From: Nostoc sp. DedSLP01
GTDB lineage: Bacteria > Cyanobacteriota > Cyanobacteriia > Cyanobacteriales > Nostocaceae
DNA: 64,000 nucleotides
Direction of reading: 5' to 3'
Assembly (NCBI GenBank): GCA_034530875.2
Contig: JAVRCJ020000002.1
Coordinates: 192,001 to 256,000 of the forward strand
Shown: positions 9,223-19,059 of the stretch, piece after piece
Numbering within the stretch: position 1 is the first letter of the stretch
Layout of the letters: each line of letters begins with the position of its first letter
Translations under genes and position numbers: made by a program
The notes under the pieces: model-generated
What the model was told of the DNA's origin: nothing
The model's database searches: none
What the model saw: the letters and a program-made list of their open reading frames with translations, nothing else

Positions 9223-9870
9223 TTAGGCAAACCGAATCACTTTCTCTATATGGGTCAAATGGGAAGTATCTCCCTTTAGTTCTAATAACCATTGTGGTTC
9301 TTCGCGTACCACTTTTACCAAGGAACATAGAGAAGCTTTGACTTCTGTTTTGGCTATTTCACCGACTAACCCCATTGCGGCACCCAACACAGACGCACCA
9401 TGTGCTACTAACAGGATATTGTCTGGAAAAAATTCATGGGCTAGACATCTGGCAGTTTGTCCGGAACGTTCCCGCACTTTTTCGTGAGTTTCAGGATAAT
9501 TGGCAGCAATGCGCGGAGTGTAACTAATGTCAATTCTCTGGAATAATTCTGCCAAGGCTGGAGTTGAAAGCCTTTCGGGTTCTTCTGTCATCCAAGCTGG
9601 ATTTAGCCATTCACTCAAGCCTGTTTCGAGTTTGATAGGTAAATTGAGAACTTCTGCTACTGCGTTTGCGGTTTGTACGGTTCGTAAGAAAGGCGATGCA
9701 AAAATATGAGCAATTTTTTCTCCCTGCAAACGATTTGCTAACTGGTGGGCTTGGATTATACCATCGTCAGACAAAGGTGGATCGTAGCGTCGTTCGGCGG
9801 TGAGAAACCAATCAGGATTTACGAAGTCGAGGCGGTTGGCGTGTCTTGCGATCCAGACTATTTGACTCAT
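9223..9870 (-). CDS. Histidine phosphatase (phosphoglycerate mutase family)
   Basis: ARHA, ASPFLRTVQTA and LLVAHG motifs. Confidence 0.92.
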   Translation of the reverse strand: MSQIVWIARHANRLDFVNPDWFLTAERRYDPPLSDDGIIQAHQLANRLQGEKIAHIFASPFLRTVQTANAVAEVLNLPIKLETGLSEWLNPAWMTEEPERLSTPALAELFQRIDISYTPRIAANYPETHEKVRERSGQTARCLAHEFFPDNILLVAHGASVLGAAMGLVGEIAKTEVKASLCSLVKVVREEPQWLLELKGDTSHLTHIEKVIRFA

Positions 9871-10065
9871 GGGTTTAAATATTCTCGCGAATAAAATTCG
9901 CCGCTAAACAAATATAGATATCTGCAAACAGGGCTGCAAATATTAATATAAAACAAAATTTGTAATGATTTGTAATAAATCAAACTCTCGAATTATCTGT
10001 TGCCAAAAAATTATACTAGCGATCGCTATAACCTTCGTCTCATCCCTACACCATAATTTTCCAGC

Positions 10066-13000
10066 CTAAAAGCGATTGCACAGATGTCGATCTTCTTGTT
10101 CTACCTCATGGCTATTTTTAAGATAGTCCTTTGTCCAATTACAAGCGCGAACCATCAGTTCGTCGAGAAGCCGTTCTGTATCTAAACCGTTGAAATCCCA
10201 CAGCATTACATTATTGTCTCCACTAGCAGAAGCTAGGGTATAACCGTTAGGGCTAAAGACCACATTACTAACTGTAGCCTGATGCCCAATGAGGGTTTGT
10301 AGTTCGTTTCCCTCTAAATCCCAGATTTTGATGGTCTCGTCTTCACTTGCAGAGACTAAAGTTTTACTATCGCGGCTAAAAACTATACTATTCACTTTAG
10401 CCTTATGCCCTTTCAAGATGCGCGGTTGCAATTCCCAATTCATGAAATTCCAGAGTTCGATGGTTTCATCTTCACTGCTAGCAGCCAGCATTTTGCCGTC
10501 GGGGCTAAAGACAATGCTGGTAATGCCATCTTTAGAGTTATCATTGGAGCGATCGGGCATTTGCAATTGGATGCTTCGGGGTTTGTTGCCGTTTAAATTC
10601 CAAACTTTAACACTACCGTCTTCACATCCAGAAGCAATGGTTTGATTATCGGGACTAAAAACTATACTTGTTACCCCAGCCTTATGCTTGAGGGTTTGCA
10701 GCAGTTTGCCATTTAAGTCCCAAAGTTTCACAGTTTTGTCTTCACTTGCAGATGCTAGGGTTTTGCCATCAGCGCTAAAGACTACACTTGCTATTTCAGC
10801 CCCTTCTTGTTGAAATATTTTCGGTTTGTTGGTTATTAAATTCCAAAGTTGAACAGTACCGTCTTGATTAGAGAATGCCAGATTTTTACCATCGGGGCTA
10901 AAGGCTATACTTGTAATCACAGCCCCATCTTTTGAAAGGATTTGCGATCGCGGTTCCTTGCTTGTTAAAGTTTTTACATCCCACAGTTGAACAGTACCGT
11001 CTTCGCTACCAGAGGCAATGCTTTGGCCCTTGGGATTAAACACCACAGTGACTACCGCAGCGTGATGCGGGAGACTTGATAGGGGCTTACCTGTGAAATC
11101 CCACAGTTGAACTGTTTTGTCATCACTAGCAGAGGCTAAAGTTTTACCATCAGGACTGAAGACAACTTCGTTGACAGAATCCTGATGCTTTGAAAGGGTG
11201 TGGAGTTCCTTTAAATGCCAGAATTTAACGGTTTTGTCATCACTACCAGATGCCAGAGTTTTACCATCAGGGCTAAAGACTACACTTGTCACCCCTGCTT
11301 CATGCCCTCTGAAAGTTTGCAGACGCTTGCCTTTGAAACTCCATAGAATAACGGTATTATCTTGACTAGCAGATGCCAGAGTTTTGCCGTTGGGATTGAA
11401 GGCAACACTTGTCACCCCTGCTTCATGCCCTTTGAGAATCTGTGGTTTATAGGCGTCCTTGAGATTCCACAGGATAACAGTCTTGTCTTCGCTAGCAGAT
11501 GCTAGAGTTTGACCGTTGGGACTGAAAGCAACGCTTGTAACTACTGCCTTATGTTCTCTAAAGGTATGCAGGGGGTGACCATCTAAATCCCAGAGGATAA
11601 CAGTATTGTCAACGCTTCCAGATGCCACAGTCTGACAATCGGGACTCAAAGCTACACTTGTAACTGCATACTTATGTCCTGTAAAAGTTTTTTGTAGCTT
11701 GTTGCCTATACTCCAAAGTTTAACAGTCTTATCTTTACTTCCAGAGACTAAGAGATTACATGTTTGTGGTGGCAAAGCAAAGGCTACACTTGTAAACACT
11801 GGCTTGTTTTCTGCAATTAGAACATCTGCCTGATGTCCGCGAAAGGTTTGCAAAAAATTGGCTTTTAAATTCCAAAATCTAATAGTGCTGTCTTCGCTAC
11901 TAGATGCCAGGGTATTACCATCGGGGCTAAAAGCCACACCTGTAACTGTATAGTTGTGTTGTGTGAAAGTTTTTTGCAGCTTGCCATCTATACTCCAAAG
12001 TTTAACAGTCTTGTCTTTGCTAGTAGATGCCAGTGTATTACCGTCAGGGCTAAAAGCTACACTTGTCACTCCTGCTTCATGTCCTGCAAAAGTTTGCAAA
12101 AGCTTGCCCTGTAAATTCCAGAGGATAACAGTATTATCTTTACTAGCAGAGGCAAGAGTGCTGCCATCGGGACTAAAGGCTACAGTTGTGACATCAGCCT
12201 CATGTCCTATAAAGCTTTTCAGGCGATCGCCCTGTAAATTCCATATTGTAATAGCATTATCTTTAGTAACAGAGGCTAGAGTTTTACTATCGGGGCTGAA
12301 AACCACAGTTGTAACCTCTGCATCATGCTTGAGGGGGAGTTTTGTCAGTTCCTTGCCCTTTTTTAAATCCCAGAGTTTAACGGTTTTGTTTTCACTACCT
12401 GATGCCAGAATTTTATTATCGGGGCTAAAAGCCACAGTTGTAACCTCTCCACCATGCTTGAGGGTGTGTAGTAATTTGCCCTTTAAATCCCAGAGTTTAA
12501 CTGTTTTGTCTTTACTAACCGATGCCAAAGTTTTACCATCGGGGCTGAAAACCACAGTTGTCACCTCTGCATCATGCTTGAAGGTGTGTAGTAATTTACC
12601 GTTTAAATCCCAGAGTTTAACAGTTTTGTCTTGACTCCCTGAGGCAATAGTTTTACCATCGGAGCTAAAAACCACACTTGTAACCTCTGCACCATGTTGG
12701 AGAAGGAATTTTTTCAGTTCCTTGCCGTTTAAATCCCAGAGTTTAACAGTTTTGTCTTCACTAACCGATGCCAAAGTTTTACCATCGGAGCTGAAAACTG
12801 CACTTGTCACCGCTGCATCATGCTTGAGGGGGGATTTTGTCAGTTGATTGCCGTTTAAATCCCAAACTTTAACGGTTTTGTCTTCACTAACCGATGCCAA
12901 AGTTTTACCATCGGGGCTGAAAACTACACTTGTCACCCCTGCACTATGGTTGAGGGGGGATTTTGTCAGTTCTTTACCCTTTAAATCCCAGAGTTTGATG

Positions 13001-16000
13001 GTTGTGTCGTTACTAGCTGTGGCAATAGTTTTACCATCTGGACTAAAAACCACACTTGTGACCGCAGAGGTATGTGCAGTTAAGCGATTGCGTGCTTGTA
13101 CTATATCAATAGCTTGCTGCAATGCTGCGATCGCTTTTGACTGGGCATCAATTTGACCTTTGCCTTTGAACCACAATAATCTCCCAATTATCGAGTTTTT
13201 GAGAATCATTCTCGCCTTAATTCCTTCTACAAGGGATTGCAAATCTTTGTGAGATTTAGAGAGTAACAAAGAATTTTGGCTGAGAGAATTGGCTTTATTT
13301 AATTCGGCTTCATAGGTTTTGATTGAGGCTATTAACCCCAAACTAGTAGTAACAATAACAACAACTGCTCCACTCAAAATTGTTCTATTTGTGCGGATAT
13401 CGCGACGACGACGACTTTCTTGTTCTTGTTGTTGGCGATCGCGCAATTCAACACATGCTTGCACGTAATTAGCTTCTAAAAAATTAAAAAAATTCGATTT
13501 TTTTAATAGTTCTTTGGCTTCCTCTAAACGTCCGCCTCGATGTAATAGATAGCTTTCGTCTTTTTGAAACTTTTCCCATTCCAAAGCTGCTTGGCGGATA
13601 GTTTCCCGCAACTGAAGCAGGGTACGGTCTTCGTCTAACCAAGCCAGCAATTTCGGCCAGTAACGAATTAAGGCTTCGTGGGCAACTTCCACTTCTTCCT
13701 GCTGTGTAGCTGAATCTACACTGGTAACTATTAAGCGGGCGCCATCACCAGCTAATCGCTTGAGCAACTGTTTGATGGGATTGCGATCGCTACCAGCAGG
13801 GACTAATTCTTCTAACCCAACTCGTCGGCGCGTGTCGCGGCGTTTCTCTCCCGGTTCTTCAGAGTCATCTAAACGGGTGAGGCGCACAAAAATATTCTTG
13901 ATTTGTTCTTGTTCTTCTGGCGTACAGCTATCGTAAAAAGCATCGGCGGTTTGAGCGATCGCCATATTCACGCCACCAATCGCTTCATACTCTACAGACC
14001 GCAACCATCTGCCATGTCGCCGCTTCCACAATTCCAACAGTGCATGTTGTAGTAATGGCATTGCCCCTGGTTCATCTTGGACATCATCCAAAATCCGATT
14101 GCTCAAACCTGGTTCAAAGCGCAATCCCACTTGAGCCGCTTGCATTTCCATTGCTTTTCGCAGTTCTGCGGTATCCATCGGGCCGATCAATTCTTGCCGA
14201 CATTGCATTAATTCTTTGAGTTTCGGGTAGGAAGCACACTCACCCCAAAAGTCTGCCCGCATGGTAATCGCTACTGTTTGCTGTTGCACGACGAACAGGA
14301 ATTTATCAATAAATTCCAGCCTCATGTTTTCATCGGTACAGAGGGTGAAAAGCTCCTCAAATTGGTCGATGACTAGGATTGAAGATTGATTTTGCACCCC
14401 TGACAAAGTAGCTGCTAGTTGCTCAATGGGATTACTACTTGGTGTCATGTAGGCCATGACTAAATCGGGCTGTTTTTCCAACAAAGCCGGAATCAGCCCC
14501 GCTACTACCATTGATGATTTACCGCTACCGGAAGCGCCAAATACAGCTAAGAAGTTATGGGTTGCTAACTGCTGTTGCAATTGTTTGATTAACTTTTCCC
14601 TACCAAAGAAGAATTTACGGTCTTTGATGCGGAAGGGATACAAGCCGAGAAAGGGACACAGAGCATCATAGACAGGTGGCTGCTCTGCTAAAGCTAAAGC
14701 ATTGAAAGTCAGGTCAAGGACTTCTTGACATAAATTGTTGACCTCTTGTAAAGCTTGCGATCGCTCTTGCTGAGTTTCTTTGCTTAAGGCTGTAGTATTT
14801 GTATTGAGAACGTTAGCTAACTTCTGGGCTGGTTCTTGCAGCTTGGATTGCAGTATAGGCGATCGCTCTTGCAAAAATACTTGTAAGCGCTCCAATCCAT
14901 ATTTAATTTCGCTGTTGGTTAAGTTGCGGTCGAGTTGGTCGCTAAATAACGGCCGTCCGCCCAAGCGACTAAACAAGGCTGGGACTGTAATATCACCCCG
15001 CTTTGCTAAAGCTGCTGTCGCTTCATGCAAAGCAGAATCCACCTCTCCCGATGCTCTGAGTTGTTTATAAAAGCTCTCTATTAAGGTTTGCGCTGTTTTG
15101 ATAGTTACTTTATCGGTCATTGCTACCACCGCAGGCATCCCCAAATCCCGGACTAATCTTTGCCCTAAGCCTCCTAAGGAACCTTCAGCTTCCGGGCTGG
15201 CGCTTTCACAAGTACAAAGAAAGGTAAAGTGCGGTAAACCTTTGGCTCCCCGTAACGGCCGCAATCGCTCTAGTAAGTGCGTTGCTGGGATGGCGTCTAC
15301 TGTATTATCAGCTTTTGACCAGTAGACAATGGTTTCACCGCTATCCGTTACTCTACCGTGACTGACAAAATGTAGTATTGTATATTGTTTGTTGCGATCG
15401 CTTAATTGGCTACACAGTTGGTCGATGGTAGGCAAACCAATAGCTCCATCAAGTGTTGCCAGGACATCACAAGGTATTTCCCCCAATGCAGACTTGACGC
15501 TATTAACGCTGGCTGCAACATCGAATTCAGCTAATTTATACTTTAGGGAATCGCTAGGACTAGCAACTAACACCAGCGCCCGCAAATCCCGCCGCCCAAT
15601 GGGGGGAAAGCTACGGTCAGTAATTGCCGGAATGTAGAAAGAAAATGGTACTCGCTGATTTAGTGCTAATAACTCCCAGTCCCCATCAACAGGGGCGCAT
15701 AGCTTTTCCCAACGTAAGGTTCTTAATTCTGGATCTGATGCTTCAATAAAAAGCAACATTCTCAGTGCTTCCTCAGTTTCACGCAAAGCACAGATAAAAG
15801 CATCGCGTACATCATCGAGAAATAGCTTTTTTCCTAGTAATTTACCGTAGTCTTTCGGCTGTCCGAGAAGGCTGGTTAGCTGTTGAAAATTTTCAGGAGT
15901 GAGTTCGAGATTACCTTCTGAGCGTAACGGCAAAAGTTCGCCAAATCTGGTATGTTCTACAACAATTGGCCAGTTATTTCCTGATTTGCGCTGGATGGTA

Positions 16001-16017
16001 ATCTCAAAGGTGTTCAT
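10066..16017 (-). CDS. CHAT caspase-like protease + STAND (nSTAND1-type) ATPase + hydrophobic helix + 23 WD40 repeats
   Basis: CHAT dyad ILHFVSHG and FLCTCES; CPFLGL..FFGRE, Walker A GASGSGKSS, Walker B LVIDQFEELF, GAMPLL, EVAHEAL; 23 GH..WD repeats counted by eye. Confidence 0.92.
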   Translation of the reverse strand: MNTFEITIQRKSGNNWPIVVEHTRFGELLPLRSEGNLELTPENFQQLTSLLGQPKDYGKLLGKKLFLDDVRDAFICALRETEEALRMLLFIEASDPELRTLRWEKLCAPVDGDWELLALNQRVPFSFYIPAITDRSFPPIGRRDLRALVLVASPSDSLKYKLAEFDVAASVNSVKSALGEIPCDVLATLDGAIGLPTIDQLCSQLSDRNKQYTILHFVSHGRVTDSGETIVYWSKADNTVDAIPATHLLERLRPLRGAKGLPHFTFLCTCESASPEAEGSLGGLGQRLVRDLGMPAVVAMTDKVTIKTAQTLIESFYKQLRASGEVDSALHEATAALAKRGDITVPALFSRLGGRPLFSDQLDRNLTNSEIKYGLERLQVFLQERSPILQSKLQEPAQKLANVLNTNTTALSKETQQERSQALQEVNNLCQEVLDLTFNALALAEQPPVYDALCPFLGLYPFRIKDRKFFFGREKLIKQLQQQLATHNFLAVFGASGSGKSSMVVAGLIPALLEKQPDLVMAYMTPSSNPIEQLAATLSGVQNQSSILVIDQFEELFTLCTDENMRLEFIDKFLFVVQQQTVAITMRADFWGECASYPKLKELMQCRQELIGPMDTAELRKAMEMQAAQVGLRFEPGLSNRILDDVQDEPGAMPLLQHALLELWKRRHGRWLRSVEYEAIGGVNMAIAQTADAFYDSCTPEEQEQIKNIFVRLTRLDDSEEPGEKRRDTRRRVGLEELVPAGSDRNPIKQLLKRLAGDGARLIVTSVDSATQQEEVEVAHEALIRYWPKLLAWLDEDRTLLQLRETIRQAALEWEKFQKDESYLLHRGGRLEEAKELLKKSNFFNFLEANYVQACVELRDRQQQEQESRRRRDIRTNRTILSGAVVVIVTTSLGLIASIKTYEAELNKANSLSQNSLLLSKSHKDLQSLVEGIKARMILKNSIIGRLLWFKGKGQIDAQSKAIAALQQAIDIVQARNRLTAHTSAVTSVVFSPDGKTIATASNDTTIKLWDLKGKELTKSPLNHSAGVTSVVFSPDGKTLASVSEDKTVKVWDLNGNQLTKSPLKHDAAVTSAVFSSDGKTLASVSEDKTVKLWDLNGKELKKFLLQHGAEVTSVVFSSDGKTIASGSQDKTVKLWDLNGKLLHTFKHDAEVTTVVFSPDGKTLASVSKDKTVKLWDLKGKLLHTLKHGGEVTTVAFSPDNKILASGSENKTVKLWDLKKGKELTKLPLKHDAEVTTVVFSPDSKTLASVTKDNAITIWNLQGDRLKSFIGHEADVTTVAFSPDGSTLASASKDNTVILWNLQGKLLQTFAGHEAGVTSVAFSPDGNTLASTSKDKTVKLWSIDGKLQKTFTQHNYTVTGVAFSPDGNTLASSSEDSTIRFWNLKANFLQTFRGHQADVLIAENKPVFTSVAFALPPQTCNLLVSGSKDKTVKLWSIGNKLQKTFTGHKYAVTSVALSPDCQTVASGSVDNTVILWDLDGHPLHTFREHKAVVTSVAFSPNGQTLASASEDKTVILWNLKDAYKPQILKGHEAGVTSVAFNPNGKTLASASQDNTVILWSFKGKRLQTFRGHEAGVTSVVFSPDGKTLASGSDDKTVKFWHLKELHTLSKHQDSVNEVVFSPDGKTLASASDDKTVQLWDFTGKPLSSLPHHAAVVTVVFNPKGQSIASGSEDGTVQLWDVKTLTSKEPRSQILSKDGAVITSIAFSPDGKNLAFSNQDGTVQLWNLITNKPKIFQQEGAEIASVVFSADGKTLASASEDKTVKLWDLNGKLLQTLKHKAGVTSIVFSPDNQTIASGCEDGSVKVWNLNGNKPRSIQLQMPDRSNDNSKDGITSIVFSPDGKMLAASSEDETIELWNFMNWELQPRILKGHKAKVNSIVFSRDSKTLVSASEDETIKIWDLEGNELQTLIGHQATVSNVVFSPNGYTLASASGDNNVMLWDFNGLDTERLLDELMVRACNWTKDYLKNSHEVEQEDRHLCNRF

Positions 16018-16488
16018 ATAACAGTCAGCTTTGATTTGGAGAACTTATTTACGAGGTAATAAGAAAGAAGGCTCTTTGAGTTTTACTGAGTTTGATATAA
16101 GGCTTGTGTGTTAAGTCCGGGGTTGCTTTATCTCACGCAGAGGCGCACAGACGCAGAGAGAATAAGGAGTTAAAAATTTCATCATCCCCTGATTCAGCAA
16201 TGCTTTAAGTCCAATGGAAAACTAGCCCCAGCCTTTGTTCTACAAGCGTTGGGAAGTAAGATTTTATATCACTGAATTATCACTGAGCAAAAATTATACT
16301 AACTGCTAAAGAATAGCTTTACAAAATCTCAAAGTCTTGAGTAAGAATACTGAGCATTTGAGATAATCGCTTTTCATCTGTGATGTGCGCCCAGAAAAGG
16401 GGAAAGGTGTAAAATTACCCTTTCCCCTTTAATACCAATTCACGAAATTACTGTTACAAATCACTTCCTCTGCTTCCCCTTACATTTA

Positions 16489-17220
16489 TTACCCCAAATA
16501 AGCCTTTTTCACTCGCTCATCACTAATTAATTCTGATGCTGCGCCTGTTAAAGTTATAGAACCAGCTTCTAGAACATAACCGCGATCGGCAATTTGAAGT
16601 GCTAAATTAGCGTTTTGTTCAACTAACAAAATAGTCACGCCAGTAGCTCGTAAATTTTCAATAATCGAGAAAATTTCCCGAACGATCGCAGGTGCTAAAC
16701 CTAAGCTAGGTTCGTCTAAAAGTAACAGTTTTGGTTTACTCATTAAAGCACGAGCGATCGCTAACATTTGTTGTTCGCCACCACTCAAAGTTCCTGCTAA
16801 TTGATTGCGTCTTTGTGACAAACGGGGAAATAGCTCAAATTGACGTCCGATATCTGCTTTTATCTCTGCTTGGTTAGAGCGAATATAAGCACCCAAAAGT
16901 AAATTATCAAATACTGTTTGTCGTGCTAAAACTCTCCGCCCTTCTGGACAATGAGCAATCCCAAGTTGTACAACTTCATGAGCTTGGCGGCGGGTAATAT
17001 TTCGTCCATCATAGATAATTGCACCACTTCTGGGATTAACTATTTTCGATATAGCCCGGAGTGTAGTAGTTTTCCCAGCACCATTAGCGCCAATTAAAGT
17101 AACTACCTCACCTTTTTTAATAACTAAATTAATTTTCTTCAGAGCTTGAATACCGCCATAGTTTACATCAAGTTCTTGAATTTCTAAAATTGTATAATTT
17201 TGTGTAATATCAACGTTCAT
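16489..17220 (-). CDS. livF: LIV-type amino-acid ABC transporter ATPase
   Basis: GANGAGKTT, HCPEGRR, LSGGEQQMLA, LLLDEPSLGLAP, LVEQN. Confidence 0.95.
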   Translation of the reverse strand: MNVDITQNYTILEIQELDVNYGGIQALKKINLVIKKGEVVTLIGANGAGKTTTLRAISKIVNPRSGAIIYDGRNITRRQAHEVVQLGIAHCPEGRRVLARQTVFDNLLLGAYIRSNQAEIKADIGRQFELFPRLSQRRNQLAGTLSGGEQQMLAIARALMSKPKLLLLDEPSLGLAPAIVREIFSIIENLRATGVTILLVEQNANLALQIADRGYVLEAGSITLTGAASELISDERVKKAYLG

Positions 17221-17399
17221 TGGCGGTTTAGATCGAGAAATATATTGATTTAAAACTTAACATACATCAATTATAGGTTTCTAAAAACAGTACTTAGTTG
17301 TAGCTGGTTGTAGATATTGCATCAACTTAAAAATCAATGCCACAATACTGCAACCATTTTGGTATAGCATTAATTAGCGATCGAGATAACAAGCGTCCT

Positions 17400-18243
17400 G
17401 TGGCAAAAGCAGCAGATATTGGTAGTAAGCGACTAATTAATTTAGCTCCCGATACATGGGTAAAGTGGGTAACACAGCGTCCAGAAGTTGTGGCAAAAGA
17501 AATTCTTGGTTCCGAGTTTCAATGGATTAGCCGAGAAACAGATGTTTTGGTGAAAGCATACAGTCCTACTCACGGAGATTTTCTTGTACTGAATGAACTA
17601 CAGTTGCGTTACACAACACACATGCCACTACGCATGAGAGCATATACTGCCTTGGCACAAGAACGGTATCGACTCCCGACTTACCCTGTACTTATTAACA
17701 TCTTACCGCCCTCACCCAGCTTAACTATTGTTAGCAGTTACGAGCAGGAATTTTTAGGATTACGTGCGATTCAAGATTATCGCGTAATTAATTTGTGGGA
17801 AGTGGACGCTGAAATAGTGTTTCAGCAACCACTACCATCATTGTTACCATTTGTACCCATTCTGCGGGGAGGGGGAGAAGCATCAGTAGTGCAACGCGCA
17901 CTAGAAATATTGCGAGCAGATGCACAGTTAGACCAATTAGAATCTTTGCTGGCATTTTTTGCTTGCTAGCTTTGTGTTAGACACACCTTTAGTCCAACAA
18001 ATTATGAGGTGGGATATGGCAATATTGCGAGAATCGCCTTGGTATCAAGAAATTGAGCAAAGAGGTATTCAGCAGGGTGCGCGACAGCAGTTAATTCGAG
18101 TATTACGACGACGATTTGGCGAACTTCCTCAAGAATTAGAAGCAAGACTTCAAGGCCAAAGTGTGGAACAATTAGAAACTTTAATGGATAGTGCGATCGC
18201 AGTCAATTCTTTAGAAGAATTCGTCAACATTTTGTCTGTTTAA
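17400..18243 (+). pseudogene. Rpn-family / DUF4351 recombination-promoting nuclease-like gene split by a 4-bp duplication
   Basis: GTG start (AKAADIGSKRL), ELQLRY..MPLRMRAY. LAFFA|SFVLD is broken at about 17960 by TGCT-TGCT; the second frame ends with RRFGELP...LEEF. Confidence 0.88.
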
Positions 18244-18288
18244 ATTTCCTATTTCCCTTCTAAATTCTAACTTTTCAATTCTGCTTTC

Positions 18289-19059
18289 TCATTCATTTCC
18301 CAAATACGCTTCAATCACAGCCGGATTATTTCTAACTATAGATGGTTCGCCCAAAGCAATCAATTGTCCAAAATCTAAAACGGCAATGCGATCGCATAAA
18401 CCCATCACTAAAGGTACGTGATGTTCGATCAGTACAATTGTTAAATTAAACTGTTCTCTCAAACTGCGGATAAATTCACTCAGTTGTTGCTTTTCATAGG
18501 GGTTCATTCCCGCAGCTGGTTCATCGAGAAGTAAGATTTGCGGTTCTAGGGCTAACGCACGGGCAATTTCTAGACGGCGTTGGTCGCCATAAGCAAAGTT
18601 TTTCGCTTTTTCCTGGGCGCGATCGCTCAAGCCTACCATATTCAATAATTCCAAAGCTTTTAGTCTGCTTTTTTTCTCTTCCCTACGCGCTTGTCGTAAT
18701 CCCAAAACTCCTGTTAATACATTACTTTTATTATGTAAATGTCGAGCAGTTATTACATTTTCTAACGCTGATAATTCACCAAATAAGCGAATATTTTGAA
18801 AAGTCCGAGCAATACCTAAACCTGCAATTTCATGGGCGCGTAGTTGGGAAATGTTTGTATTTTTATAGCGTAATTCTCCACTAGAAAGTGGAATAAAAGC
18901 TGTAATCAAATTAAATAGTGTTGTTTTCCCAGCACCATTAGGGCCAATCAGTCCAAAAATCTCATGTTGATTGACTGTAAAAGATACATTATTCACCGCC
19001 ACTAAACCTCCAAAGCGGCGAGTCAATGATTTGGCTTCTAAAATAATGTTGTTTGTCAT
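18289..19059 (-). CDS. livG: LIV-type amino-acid ABC transporter ATPase
   Basis: FGGLVAV, GPNGAGKTTLFN, ARTFQNIRLF, LDEPAAGM, EAYLG. Confidence 0.95.
   Translation of the reverse strand: MTNNIILEAKSLTRRFGGLVAVNNVSFTVNQHEIFGLIGPNGAGKTTLFNLITAFIPLSSGELRYKNTNISQLRAHEIAGLGIARTFQNIRLFGELSALENVITARHLHNKSNVLTGVLGLRQARREEKKSRLKALELLNMVGLSDRAQEKAKNFAYGDQRRLEIARALALEPQILLLDEPAAGMNPYEKQQLSEFIRSLREQFNLTIVLIEHHVPLVMGLCDRIAVLDFGQLIALGEPSIVRNNPAVIEAYLGNE

Noticed and set aside
10066..13100. Diversity-generating retroelement acting on the WD40 repeats
   Set aside because: There is no reverse transcriptase in the window and I saw no template/variable pair with adenine-specific differences.
10289..15637. Long antisense ORFs within the CHAT-STAND-WD40 gene
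   Set aside because: Shadow frames of repetitive coding sequence.
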